From the NCBI GenBank assembly GCA_965140415.1, contig OZ223209.1:4800001-4864000 (forward strand): a stretch of DNA of 64,000 nucleotides, read 5' to 3'. A model generated the notes under the pieces. That model was given only the letters and a program-made list of their open reading frames with translations, was not told the origin of the DNA and did no database searches. Below are positions 9,718-22,193 of this stretch, piece after piece. Source of the stretch: Myxococcota bacterium (GTDB lineage Bacteria; Myxococcota_A; SURF-8). The translations under genes were made by a program, and so were the position numbers. The number at the start of each line of letters is the position of its first letter. Positions within the stretch are counted from its first letter, which is position 1.

Positions 9718-10590
9718 CTATTCGGGATTTCTAGTGTCGGAAGCATCGGAAGAAGAAGACAACGGCTCCGTTTCATCCGGTTCACCTTCATCCCCCTCCT
9801 CTGCCGTTTTGCGTTTGAAAGTCAAGAGCAAACGCGAGCCCCAGATACCGACTTCATACAGAAATAACAAGGGGATCGCAAACAGGGCCTGCGTCCAGGG
9901 ATCGGGCGGGGTCATGATTCCAGCGAGGATGAAAATCACCACAATAGCGTACTTCCGCTGCTTGGCGAACCATTGTGGAGTGGTCACACCGACCCAATTG
10001 GTAATGATCATGAATAATGGCGTTTCAAAGGCAACACCGAAGGCAAAGAGCAGAGAGGCAGTGAAGCCGATATGCTCCTTTAATGCGATCTGAAGCTTGT
10101 CCGTGGCCGCCGCCGCATCCGGCAGGTTCTGCCCTAACAAAAGCAATTCGCTGCCACCCTGGCTGTACTGCACCAGCACGGAGAATCCCAGGGGCATCAC
10201 CATGAAATAACAGAACAAAACCCCTAGAATGAAAAAGAAAGTCGAAGAAAACAGAACCGGCAATGCCAATCGTTTTTCATGGGTGTATAAACCGGGAGCG
10301 ATGAACAGCCAAATTTGTAATAAAATATAAGGCGCGGCCAGAAACAGCGCTCCGATCATGGCCACTTTCAGGTCGATGAAGAATTTATCCAGCACTTTCA
10401 ACAAGATGGTATGACGAAGTTCTTCGGGCAAGGCGTCCAGCAAAGGCTTTTTCAGGATGTAAAGCAGATCCCGACGAAAAAACCAGCTCACGGTAAATGC
10501 GATAAACAAGGCGATGACGGAATGAACCAGGCGGGAACGAAGTTCTTCCAGATGGCCGATCAGAGTCATTTGCGCATCGTCGCCGCTCAC
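9718..10590 (-). CDS. tatC: Tat translocase subunit TatC
   Basis: MTLIGHLEELRSRL, FIAPGLYTHEK, FGVAFETP, TPPDP; probable GTG start. Confidence 0.95.
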   Translation of the reverse strand: MSGDDAQMTLIGHLEELRSRLVHSVIALFIAFTVSWFFRRDLLYILKKPLLDALPEELRHTILLKVLDKFFIDLKVAMIGALFLAAPYILLQIWLFIAPGLYTHEKRLALPVLFSSTFFFILGVLFCYFMVMPLGFSVLVQYSQGGSELLLLGQNLPDAAAATDKLQIALKEHIGFTASLLFAFGVAFETPLFMIITNWVGVTTPQWFAKQRKYAIVVIFILAGIMTPPDPWTQALFAIPLLFLYEVGIWGSRLLLTFKRKTAEEGDEGEPDETEPLSSSSDASDTRNPE

Positions 10591-10601
10591 AATCGCACCT
10601 T

Positions 10602-10988
10602 TCAACTACCCGATTTCTCGGACTGTTCTTTTTCGACTGGCCCTTCCGATTCGGACGTTTGCGTTACAGCTTCCGGCGTATGTTGTGCGGATGCAGTCGA
10701 ATCGGGAGCGGAAGAATCGGATGCGGCAGGTTCGGCTTTGGATGGTTCATCCTTTGAATTTTCCTGCGTTTCAGGCTCTGGCAACGCCGCTTTAGGGGGA
10801 TCGCTCGGCGTAACATCCCGGAAGGGAGCGTCTAAGTCGGCGGCGCTTTTGATGTCGTTGGTCGCCCGCCGGAATTCTCGCAACCCCTTGCCCAACATCT
10901 GAGCGATTTCAGGCAGTTTGGACGGTCCGATGAAAATCAGAGCAATGCCCAGAATGATCAGAATTTCCCACATGCCTAGCCCAAACAC
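10602..10988 (-). CDS. tatB: Tat translocase subunit TatB (TatA/B family)
   Basis: GTG start after GGAGG; FGLGMWEILII...IGPSKLPEIA..LGK.LREFR; long disordered tail. Confidence 0.85.
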   Translation of the reverse strand: MFGLGMWEILIILGIALIFIGPSKLPEIAQMLGKGLREFRRATNDIKSAADLDAPFRDVTPSDPPKAALPEPETQENSKDEPSKAEPAASDSSAPDSTASAQHTPEAVTQTSESEGPVEKEQSEKSGS

Positions 10989-11001
10989 GTGCGCCTCCGT
11001 C

Positions 11002-13515
<2,514 letters not shown>

Positions 13516-13621
13516 ATGTTTACTCACCTCCGGACCGGGGGAGTATACCGGAAGTTGCCCCCACACGACAAGGAAATTGGCGATTCAATCGAATTCTGGC
13601 GTTGGCCGGAGAATGGAACTC

Positions 13622-13630
13622 TGCTATAAT
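13622..13630 (+). promoter_or_regulatory. Extended -10 element upstream of asnB
   Basis: TGcTATAAT about 87 nt before the asnB ATG. Confidence 0.55.
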
Positions 13631-13716
13631 GAGGACTTCATCATGTTGAACGGGGGGTGACCAGGCGATCGTCTGTAGGCGGTCTTCGTATTACCAGTGC
13701 TGGGTGGAGGAAAACC

Positions 13717-15381
13717 ATGTGTGGAATCGCGTGTATTCTGGGCGGACACGGTGAAACTTCGGAGTTGCGGGAGCGCGCTGTGGAAATGGCGAGGACCATC
13801 CGGCATCGCGGTCCGGATTGGAGCGGTGTCTATGCAGATAATTTCGCGGTGCTGGCTCATGAAAGGCTTTCCATTGTTGATGTCGAGCACGGCGCACAAC
13901 CGTTAACGAACCGGGACGAAAACCTCGTGCTGGCCGTCAACGGCGAGATCTACAATCACCGCGCCCTGCGCCGCCAATTGAGCGATTACGATTTTAAAAC
14001 CGGTTCCGACTGCGAAGTGATTCTTCCCCTTTACGAACGCGGCGATCTGGAATTCCTGAATGAACTCAACGGCATCTTCGCCTTTGTGCTTTATGACAAG
14101 AAAACTTCGGATTTTTTGATTGCGCGCGACCCGATCGGTGTCAATCCGCTGTTCACCGGGCGTGATGAAAACGGCAATCTGTACGTCGCCTCCGAAATGA
14201 AAGCGCTGATGGCCTATTGCCGGGTGATCGAAGATTTTCCTCCAGGACATTATCTGACCGGCAAAATGTCTAAACCGGAACCGTACTATCGGCCTTCGTG
14301 GACGACATACGAAGCGGTTAAGGAACAAGCGCTCGATCTAGTGAAATTAAGGACGGAACTGGAACGGGCTGTCAAGCGGCAACTCATGTGCGACGTACCC
14401 TATGGCGTGCTGCTTTCCGGCGGGCTGGATTCATCGCTGATTGCGGCCATCGCCGCGAAATATTCGGCAAAGCGAATTGAAGATGACGACAACTCTCAGG
14501 CCTGGTGGCCGCAGTTGCATTCCTTCGCCATCGGCTTGGAAGGCTCGCCGGATCTCGACGCCGCGCGCAAAGTGGCCGAGGCCATCAATACGGTTCATCA
14601 TGAATTCGTCTTTACCGTGCAAGAGGGGCTGGATGCCCTTCAAGACGTGATACGGCATATTGAAACCTATGATATTACTACGATTAGGGCTTCCACGCCC
14701 ATGTACCTGATGGCTCGTCGGATCAAGGCCATGGGGATCAAGATGGTGCTTTCCGGCGAAGGGTCGGACGAAATTTTCGGTGGGTACCTCTATTTTCACA
14801 AGGCCCCCTCCGCCGTGGCGCTTCATGAAGAAACGGTTCGCAAACTGAACAACCTGTACAAGTTCGATTGTCTTAGGGCGAACAAATCGATGTCCGCCTG
14901 GGGCGTTGAAGTGCGCGTTCCGTTTTTGGACCGTGAATTTCTCGACACCGCAATGAGTTTCGATCCCGCGGAAAAAATGACAAGCGGCGAGCGGATGGAA
15001 AAATATCCGCTGCGAAAAGCCTTTGATGGCATGCTGCCTCATGAAGTTCTATGGCGTCAGAAAGAACAGTTCTCCGACGGCGTCGGGTATGGCTGGATCG
15101 ACGCGCTGCGCGAAACGGCGGAACAAGCCGTTACCGACAATCAACTGGCGCACGCGGATTTCAGATTCCCTCACAACACACCCGTCACCAAAGAAGGGTA
15201 TTTCTACAGGCAGATCTTCGATTCCATTTTCCCAGGGGAACAGGCCGCTTCCGTCGTTCCGGGTGGACCGAGCATCGCCTGTAGCAGTCCGGTGGCCATC
15301 GAATGGGATCGCGCTTTTGCTGCAAACGCCGACCCTTCAGGCCGTGCGGTGCGCGACGTTCACCGGAAGCCGAATTCTTGA
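13717..15381 (+). CDS. asnB: Asparagine synthetase B (glutamine-hydrolysing)
   Basis: GGAGG RBS then MCGI (Ntn Cys); RHRGPDWSG, NGEIYN, LLSGGLDSS, SGEGSDE, KEQFSDG. Confidence 0.97.
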   Translation: MCGIACILGGHGETSELRERAVEMARTIRHRGPDWSGVYADNFAVLAHERLSIVDVEHGAQPLTNRDENLVLAVNGEIYNHRALRRQLSDYDFKTGSDCEVILPLYERGDLEFLNELNGIFAFVLYDKKTSDFLIARDPIGVNPLFTGRDENGNLYVASEMKALMAYCRVIEDFPPGHYLTGKMSKPEPYYRPSWTTYEAVKEQALDLVKLRTELERAVKRQLMCDVPYGVLLSGGLDSSLIAAIAAKYSAKRIEDDDNSQAWWPQLHSFAIGLEGSPDLDAARKVAEAINTVHHEFVFTVQEGLDALQDVIRHIETYDITTIRASTPMYLMARRIKAMGIKMVLSGEGSDEIFGGYLYFHKAPSAVALHEETVRKLNNLYKFDCLRANKSMSAWGVEVRVPFLDREFLDTAMSFDPAEKMTSGERMEKYPLRKAFDGMLPHEVLWRQKEQFSDGVGYGWIDALRETAEQAVTDNQLAHADFRFPHNTPVTKEGYFYRQIFDSIFPGEQAASVVPGGPSIACSSPVAIEWDRAFAANADPSGRAVRDVHRKPNS

Positions 15382-15413
15382 TGATGGCTCGCGCGCCGAT
15401 AAAGGCTTACATC

Positions 15414-16331
15414 TTACATGAAGTATCCAAGAATGTAACGCAGGGCCAGTAGCGTCACGCCCAGTCCCAGTATGGCTTTGATGATCGCCTGTGGCACGTA
15501 ACGTTGAATGCGCGCGCCGGTATAGGTGCCCGCCAATCCACCCAACCCGAACAGGCCACCCAGTGCCCAGTCCGGCATTATCGCCACTCCGGTTTGAGAG
15601 TACATCGGCGCGACCAGGGCGAAAAAAGCCACTGCGAACGTGGAGGTGAACAGCGTTCCCAATAGGCACGCCCCGGCAATGGTGTATACCGGCAGCTTCG
15701 CAAAACTGATCAGAATCGGGGCCAATAACGCTCCGCCGCCTACACCGTATGCACCGCCTAAAATCCCGACCGCAGCGGACAAGCCGAACAGCCACAGCAC
15801 ACCCACGGAATAGGTTTCGCCGCCAAAGGCATACTCAAAGCGATGCCAGCGCCAGCGGAGCACTTCGATTTCCGTAACCGGTACCGCAGCCTGCTTCTCG
15901 GTTTTGGCCGATAAGCCCAGCCGCTGGGCAATGGGCAGAAGTACATTCTCTACCAGCATGCGTCCGCTGATCAATAACAGTACGCCCCCCACGAACAACT
16001 TGAACAATGTGGGATCGGGCATGTATTCGATGCGTAGCCAGCTTCCCAGCGCCGCACCGGGTAAAGTTCCCAGTGTAATCACCAGAGCCAACGGCCACAA
16101 CATGCGGCCCTCGCGAATAAAGCGATAAACGCCACCAGGAATGGCAACGATGTTGTAAAGATGATTGGTGGGCGTAACCGCCGGGCTGGTAAAACCGAGC
16201 ACGCTCATTTGAAAGGGCAGCAATAAAAACGCGCCGCTCACGCCGCCGGTAGAAACTACCGCCGCAATGGCAAACGTGATCAACGGAGGCAAATACCAGG
16301 CGATCTCGACACCAGACGTTTCAAACAACAT
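15414..16331 (-). CDS. Sulfite exporter TauE/SafE family membrane protein
   Basis: Multiple TM helices; GGVSGAFLLLP and duplicated GAYGVGGGALLAP motifs; GGAGGA RBS. Confidence 0.85.
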   Translation of the reverse strand: MLFETSGVEIAWYLPPLITFAIAAVVSTGGVSGAFLLLPFQMSVLGFTSPAVTPTNHLYNIVAIPGGVYRFIREGRMLWPLALVITLGTLPGAALGSWLRIEYMPDPTLFKLFVGGVLLLISGRMLVENVLLPIAQRLGLSAKTEKQAAVPVTEIEVLRWRWHRFEYAFGGETYSVGVLWLFGLSAAVGILGGAYGVGGGALLAPILISFAKLPVYTIAGACLLGTLFTSTFAVAFFALVAPMYSQTGVAIMPDWALGGLFGLGGLAGTYTGARIQRYVPQAIIKAILGLGVTLLALRYILGYFM

Positions 16332-16475
16332 GAAAATCTCCTCCAAATCCGTTGGAAGCATACAAAGTATAATATTTCCACGAATTAATATCAAAAGTCC
16401 TTTCATGAAGCTTTTTGCACTTTTTTTTCATCCAACAATCGCACAATCGGACACTTATTGTCTGGAGGTGGTAGT

Positions 16476-16853
16476 ATGGAACGAATCGAGCAACCGAACC
16501 GCAAGCAGCCTGCTTCTCCCCTGGACCCGGTGCGATTGGCATTACGCTGGGCGAACATTGCCTATTTGCTGTCGTTGCAAATCCCCTTCGGCAGTATGTT
16601 TTTGAATGATGATCTGGCCAAAGAAGCCGCTGGGCTGCCTTTTCTCGTTGGGCAGTTGATCAGCCGCCAACGAACCGATAACCTGCGCAACATCCGGCAT
16701 CGCATCGAACGCGGGCAGCAGTCGTTGCAGCACCTGCTGCGCGCCAAACTGTTAGACGAGAAGGATTATCGCACCAGCGCGGAGTTATTGAGCCGGTTGC
16801 AAGCGAAAATAGACGAATTCGTGCAGCAGCCGCAAAGTAGCGCCGTCGGCTAA
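16476..16853 (+). CDS. Hypothetical protein, probable divergent four-helix-bundle (23S rRNA-IVP/Avd-like) family
   Basis: GGAGGT RBS; YLLSLQIP...LNDDL..EAAGLP and LLDEKDY...ELLSRL align by eye with the four-helix-bundle family pattern. Confidence 0.45.
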   Translation: MERIEQPNRKQPASPLDPVRLALRWANIAYLLSLQIPFGSMFLNDDLAKEAAGLPFLVGQLISRQRTDNLRNIRHRIERGQQSLQHLLRAKLLDEKDYRTSAELLSRLQAKIDEFVQQPQSSAVG

Positions 16854-16887
16854 GCAACGATACTTTCAGGCTGCAATGATTTCGCGC

Positions 16888-18627
16888 TTACAATTCCCAC
16901 ACCACATAGCCATAGGGCGGCAGGGTGACGGAATAGGAAGCGGCGCTGTCTGCACGTAGCACCGGAGGCGTTTCTTGGGCGACCAGCACCTTCGCCTCGC
17001 CGCTCACACGCGAATTCAGATTCAGCTTGACCGGCTGCTCCTCCTCCGAGAAGTTGATCAGCACGACCGCGCTTTTTCCGTCCAACTCGCGGGCATAAGC
17101 CATCACGCGCTTGTCTTCCCCATCGAAGGATAACTGATCGAACGATCCCGCACCGAATATACCTAAGCGGTTACGCTCGGCGATTAACGTGCGATGCAAA
17201 GCCAATAACGAGTCGGGATCATCCTGTTGCGTAGCCACGTTAGCGCTCTCCGCACCCGGAGCCGCAGCCAGCCAAGGCGTACCACTGGTAAACCCGACGC
17301 CGTCTCCTGCCTGCCAGGGCATGGGTGTGCGCGACTGATCCCGCTTGTCCACCACGATATCCGAACCGTTGGTTAGCCCGACTTCGTCGCCGTAGTACAT
17401 CACCGGAGTGCCGGGCAAGGTCAGCAGCATCACTGCCGCAGCAGCAGCCCGCCTGAAATCGTCTCCCACCGTACCCATCACACGGGGCTGATCGTGGCTG
17501 GAAAGCCACAGGCCAAGCTGCGCCCCTTCAGGCAACGGTTCCTGCGCAATCGCCAACTGATCGGTTACCAGATTGGGACTGTCGTACATGCACGCACCCT
17601 GCATCCCGACGCTCAGATTGAGGCTGAAACTCATGTGAAATTCGTTCGTACCATCACCGAAGTATTCGGCGGTTTCTTCCGGTAAGGACCAGGTTTCCGC
17701 CAACGACGCCTTGTTGTCGTATTCCTCCAGCACCGCGCGTAAATCCTGCAAGAAAGCATGGGTCAAGGGGTGATTCTGGCACAGGAAGTTATTCGGATCG
17801 GTTTCGGGCGTATCTTCCACGAGCGTCATGATGGCATCCACCCGGTAGCCGTCCAGGCCCTTATCCAGCCAGAAACGCACGACATCCAACATAGCAGCTT
17901 TGACTTCCGGGTTGCGGTAGTTCAAGTCCGGCTGTTGGGGATAGAACTGATGAAAATAATATTCACCGGTGGTATCGTCCAGTTCCCAGCCGCTCTCGCC
18001 GAAAACGCCGGGGTCCATGGGCGTACAGGGCAGATTCGGCTCCGCCGCCCACATGTACCAGTCGCGCTTGTCGTTATCCGTCGTGCTGCGCGATTCGACG
18101 AACCAGCTATGCTCGATACTGGTGTGATTCATCACCAGATCGCCGAACAGGCGGATGCCGCGTTGATGCGCCTGCTCGATCAATTCTTCCAGATCCTCCA
18201 TCGTGCCGTATTCGGGATTGATGGCCAGATAGTCGGCAACATCGTAGCCGCTGTCGAAATACGGGGTGGGATAGTAGGGAGTCAGCCACAACGCACCCAC
18301 ACCCAGATCCGCCAGATAATCCAGCTTTTCGGTAACGCCGCGCAAGTCGCCGATGCCGTCGCCATTGGTGTCGTTAAAGCTGCGCACCCAGATTTCGTAG
18401 AAAACGACGTGCTTGTACCAGTCCGGTCCGCTGTAGCGCTGCATCAGGTTGAGATCGTCACCGTCGCCATCCACGGCACCGTCACCTTCAATTTCGGAAA
18501 GCTCCGTATCCATATCGCCATCGGTCGTGGAGTCATCCCCATCGTCGCTACAGGCGTATAGCCCCATCAACGCCACCATCACCAATAACCCCATCACAGC
18601 CCATCGTTTCATCGTTTCACTCTCCAC
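16888..18627 (-). CDS. GH13 alpha-amylase/alpha-glucosidase family lipoprotein
   Basis: Lipobox LYAC; FYEIWVRSF.D.NGDGIGD, DLVMNHTS, QPDLN, GYRVDA, AETW, SHD catalytic motifs. Confidence 0.9.
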   Translation of the reverse strand: MESETMKRWAVMGLLVMVALMGLYACSDDGDDSTTDGDMDTELSEIEGDGAVDGDGDDLNLMQRYSGPDWYKHVVFYEIWVRSFNDTNGDGIGDLRGVTEKLDYLADLGVGALWLTPYYPTPYFDSGYDVADYLAINPEYGTMEDLEELIEQAHQRGIRLFGDLVMNHTSIEHSWFVESRSTTDNDKRDWYMWAAEPNLPCTPMDPGVFGESGWELDDTTGEYYFHQFYPQQPDLNYRNPEVKAAMLDVVRFWLDKGLDGYRVDAIMTLVEDTPETDPNNFLCQNHPLTHAFLQDLRAVLEEYDNKASLAETWSLPEETAEYFGDGTNEFHMSFSLNLSVGMQGACMYDSPNLVTDQLAIAQEPLPEGAQLGLWLSSHDQPRVMGTVGDDFRRAAAAAVMLLTLPGTPVMYYGDEVGLTNGSDIVVDKRDQSRTPMPWQAGDGVGFTSGTPWLAAAPGAESANVATQQDDPDSLLALHRTLIAERNRLGIFGAGSFDQLSFDGEDKRVMAYARELDGKSAVVLINFSEEEQPVKLNLNSRVSGEAKVLVAQETPPVLRADSAASYSVTLPPYGYVVWEL

Positions 18628-18731
18628 GTTTTAGCGTATCGTTGTCTGCGGATTTTCCCCGCAATATCGGACTCTATTGCCTTCACATTCCAGACCTACC
18701 ATACATTTCGGCTTTTACGCCATAAAATGCA

Positions 18732-18759
18732 GCGGACCGATCCTTTCGGACCGGTCCGC
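18732..18759 (-). terminator. Terminator-like hairpin after the beta-propeller gene
   Basis: gcggaccggtcc-GAAA-ggatcggtccgc on the - strand, followed by tgcatttt. Confidence 0.65.
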
Positions 18760-18782
18760 ATCTCCTCCCGGTAAATCACGGC

Positions 18783-21700
18783 TTACAGTTCGTAAGCCTC
18801 GATACCTTCCCAACCGAAGGGGACATACAGCATATCACCCACACGTACCGCCTTCATCGCGTTGTAATAGGAATTGCTGTAGAATTCAGGGGCCTGTAAT
18901 TCGGTGCTGACGCCGTCGCCGTCGATGTACACCAGCCGCATTTTGTCGGTGTAACTTCCATAGGTGTTACCCATCAACAACAGACCGCCACCCTGCACGA
19001 CCTGGAAGGTGTTTACACCGGCAAACTCCATGCTGTCTTCCAATTCGCCATCTTCCATGTTGTAGATCTTGATACCGATGCGGTCCGAAGTGCTGTCGTA
19101 TTCACCGTAGGTGCAACCACCCGGATACGCGGCGTCGGAAACCGCCACATCATAACCATAACTGTAGTTATAGTAACCGTAACGGGATTCGATTACGAAG
19201 ACGTGGTCGTTTTCGGCGTGCAAGCCGGAAAAGCTCAGTTCGACTTCTTCATCCATCGTGCGCGTCACTTTGCGCTCTCTCGTTTCTTCAGCAACGATTT
19301 CTTCATCGTCTGGATCGACGCTGGTTCCGTCACCGCTATCCGCTGTCGTCGGGTTCGGCTCCTGTCCATCCACCGAAGGCGGTTCGACATCGCCGTCGGA
19401 GTAGTAGGAATCGTGATAATAGCAGTACTGATCGGTATAAAGCGGAATCGAAACGATGCGGCTGGCATGATCGCCGTTCCGGCTCAACAGTTCCAGCGAA
19501 TACCGGCAAGCCGTGTATTCCTGTTCCGAGGCTGTGGTGAACTGACGGTCGATCGAGGCCATGCGGTTGGTGTCCGCACTCAGCGCGATCAACTGACCGG
19601 GGATGTTGATTTTGTTGTCGAGTTTCACATCATCGGGTGTAGTTGCATCGAAACGAGACGCATAACACTTGGTCATCGGCAGGCCATCATCGTTGACGGA
19701 AACATCTTCGCAGGTCGGCGCCCACAAGGAGGTGCCGCGCACGATCGGAGCCACACCATAGTCTGTCAAGGGGCTCAGCCCATCGACGGAGTCGCTTTTG
19801 GTGACATTGTCGATATCGTTTACGTTGTAAAAATTCAGCTTGCGGCCATTTTCCTGAACTTCGAAGGTCGCCACCACGTTGTTTTCCAGAATAACCGGCG
19901 TGCTGCCGCTGTAGTAATAGTAGCTGTCGTCGCCGCTGCCTTCCAGCACCGCGCTGCCCAGATATTCGGGATTGGCGGAGTCGGAGAGGTCGAACTCGTG
20001 AATGCGGTTCTGCTGGTCGTCGTTCCATTCGCCGCCACCATCAGCCATCGGTCCCCAGTAGCCGTAGCTTTCGGAAAGAACGAAGACCCGGTCGCCGTTG
20101 GCCAGAATCGTGTTCCAGCTACCACCATAACCTTCCATCTGCTCCAGCATCCGGCTCTTGAAATAGGGCGTATCTCCCGGATTGGAGGGATCGTACAAGC
20201 GCAAGCGACTGGGTGAACTGTAGTAACCCGCGCCCAGGTTGCACAACACGTCGCCGCAGAGATTCAGATCGGTGACGTAGCCCGCCACCTGCACGTCGGA
20301 AACGATTTCCGGATTGTCGCGGTCGCTGAAATCGATCAACTGTACGTCGGTTTCCGACAACGAAGCCAGGTAATCACCCGCCACGAAACCACGTCGCACG
20401 GGCGTATCGCTGGCAACGGAACCACGCTTGGTCAAACTGGTTTCGGAGAAATCGATCAGGGTAAGCAGGTTGGTCTGCCCATAGCTGCGCTCGTCCCAAC
20501 CGGAAGTCGGCACCAGGATCAGGCCCAGATCGTCATATACTTTAAAAGCTTTCCAGTCATACAACGCTTCGCTCCAGGCGTAGCTTTCGCCCAAAGACAC
20601 CGTGGCCAATTGTTTCGGATCAAGCGGATTCTGTACGTCGAATAACGCCACCTTCACGCGGCGACCATCCTGATCGTCCACGCCGACGCTGTAAATTTTC
20701 GTACCGCGAATTTCCATGTGAGTGGACCAGCCCGGAATCTCCAGTTCGCCTAACACGATGGGGTTGGAGGGGGTGGAAAAGTCCACTACGAACAGCGGAT
20801 CGGTGTTTTCGTAGGTGACGATATACGCCCGGTTGCCGTCGTAGCGCGTGGCATGCAGTTGTTCGTTCTCCATAACCGTCACCATACCCAAACGGCTGAC
20901 GTTATCCGGGTCGGACACATCGAAGGTTTCCAGCCTGGTATCGCCGTTCCACTCATTGGTAATGCTGGTCACGACCAGTACATCGCCGACCTGATGCAGC
21001 TTGAAACGATCCAGCACGCGCGCTGCGGCGTTGAAACTGCCACGCTTGGTAATCGTTCCAGCCGGATCGGAAATGTCCACCACGGTGATATCCGAGGCAT
21101 AACCGCCCTCGCTCCAGTCGTTTTCATAACCGGTGGAAGCCACATACATGGCGTTCTGCGTGACGTACACCGCCCAGCCACCACCTTCGAATTCAAGCAG
21201 ATCGGCCTGGAAAACGTTATTGGGGTTGGCCACGTTGACGGACATGACCTGCACCGTGTAACTCTGCTCGCTGGGTTCGGTACACCAATCCCACCAGGGT
21301 TGCACGCTGCTGACGACGTAAATCACATCGCCCACCTGGCGGCTGTCCACAATCGTTCCCGCCATATCGAAACGCTCGATCAGCAGCGGGTTGGTCGGGT
21401 CACTGACATCGACCGTCACCACCTGGCTGCCGTTGCGCACCTGATCGTCCTCTTCCTGCATAACGCCGGTAAGCAGGATCGTCGCCACGCCGTTGTCCAC
21501 GAACATTTCCTTCGGAGTTCCCTGCATACGCAGGCGTCCCTGAATCTGCATATCCTGCGGATTGGAGAAGTCGATCACCGCCAAGCCACGATAGGAGTTC
21601 AATACGAAAATGCTGTTACCGCTGACTTTGTACAGATCCGATTCGACGATTTCGCGCTCGGCATCGCTACCTGTATCGCCATCCTCCAATGCATCGCCAT

Positions 21701-21875
21701 CGGAATTGGCAGCGGAAGGCGCTTCGTATTGTCGATCATCCCAGCTATCTCCGGGTGCCGCCGAGAAAAACTCTCCGTCGTCACCCTCATTGGAATCTCC
21801 ACTACATGCCGCTAATAGCGATACGAGCAGCAGCCATCCCAACATCGAATAAAGCCTCCAGTTGTTGCGTTTCAT
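18783..21875 (-). CDS. Large lipoprotein with secreted beta-propeller domain (Beta_propel/PF09826-like) and LVIVD-like repeats
   Basis: Lipobox LAAC; EIVESDLYK, repeated VDVSDPTNP-type units, ATRY.G.RAYIVTY..TDPLFVVD, GELEIPGWSTH. Confidence 0.75.
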   Translation of the reverse strand: MKRNNWRLYSMLGWLLLVSLLAACSGDSNEGDDGEFFSAAPGDSWDDRQYEAPSAANSDGDALEDGDTGSDAEREIVESDLYKVSGNSIFVLNSYRGLAVIDFSNPQDMQIQGRLRMQGTPKEMFVDNGVATILLTGVMQEEDDQVRNGSQVVTVDVSDPTNPLLIERFDMAGTIVDSRQVGDVIYVVSSVQPWWDWCTEPSEQSYTVQVMSVNVANPNNVFQADLLEFEGGGWAVYVTQNAMYVASTGYENDWSEGGYASDITVVDISDPAGTITKRGSFNAAARVLDRFKLHQVGDVLVVTSITNEWNGDTRLETFDVSDPDNVSRLGMVTVMENEQLHATRYDGNRAYIVTYENTDPLFVVDFSTPSNPIVLGELEIPGWSTHMEIRGTKIYSVGVDDQDGRRVKVALFDVQNPLDPKQLATVSLGESYAWSEALYDWKAFKVYDDLGLILVPTSGWDERSYGQTNLLTLIDFSETSLTKRGSVASDTPVRRGFVAGDYLASLSETDVQLIDFSDRDNPEIVSDVQVAGYVTDLNLCGDVLCNLGAGYYSSPSRLRLYDPSNPGDTPYFKSRMLEQMEGYGGSWNTILANGDRVFVLSESYGYWGPMADGGGEWNDDQQNRIHEFDLSDSANPEYLGSAVLEGSGDDSYYYYSGSTPVILENNVVATFEVQENGRKLNFYNVNDIDNVTKSDSVDGLSPLTDYGVAPIVRGTSLWAPTCEDVSVNDDGLPMTKCYASRFDATTPDDVKLDNKINIPGQLIALSADTNRMASIDRQFTTASEQEYTACRYSLELLSRNGDHASRIVSIPLYTDQYCYYHDSYYSDGDVEPPSVDGQEPNPTTADSGDGTSVDPDDEEIVAEETRERKVTRTMDEEVELSFSGLHAENDHVFVIESRYGYYNYSYGYDVAVSDAAYPGGCTYGEYDSTSDRIGIKIYNMEDGELEDSMEFAGVNTFQVVQGGGLLLMGNTYGSYTDKMRLVYIDGDGVSTELQAPEFYSNSYYNAMKAVRVGDMLYVPFGWEGIEAYEL

Positions 21876-21971
21876 CTGTCGTCCTTTCTGACTTTTCCTA
21901 GTTTCCACTATCTTCTATACTCAAATTCTCATCTGTTTTCAAGCGCTCTGAAACGATCGCCCTGATTACAA

Positions 21972-21987
21972 AGCAAGAGGCATGCCA
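21972..21987 (-). promoter_or_regulatory. Sigma54 (-24/-12) promoter upstream of the beta-propeller lipoprotein
   Basis: Minus strand TGGCATGCCTCTTGCT, GG-N10-GC spacing exact. Confidence 0.75.
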
Positions 21988-22083
21988 AGTCAAAACAAGG
22001 CGATTTTCCAATGGTTTTCAGGATATAGCGCCTTGCCGTTTTTGCTGACTGTCAATTCAACAAAGCAGCCAAATTTGCGTCTG

Positions 22084-22097
22084 TGACAAATTTGTCA
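22084..22097. promoter_or_regulatory. Perfect 14-bp palindrome, candidate enhancer-binding-protein site
   Basis: TGACAAATTTGTCA, about 100 bp upstream of the sigma54 element. Confidence 0.5.
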
Positions 22098-22137
22098 GAC
22101 CTTTTATAAAAACCTACATCTTTAGACAATCCTCGGT

Positions 22138-22166
22138 TTGACTTCCCGCCCTCCCTCGCCTAAAAT
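22138..22166 (+). promoter_or_regulatory. Sigma70-type promoter for the 22194 operon
   Basis: TTGACT-17 nt-TAAAAT. Confidence 0.65.
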
Positions 22167-22193
22167 AACGCGACTTTTTTCCAGGAGGGAAGC

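Noticed and set aside
16476-16853. Diversity-generating retroelement suggested by the Avd-like protein
   Set aside because: No reverse transcriptase and no TR/VR repeat pair were seen in the window.
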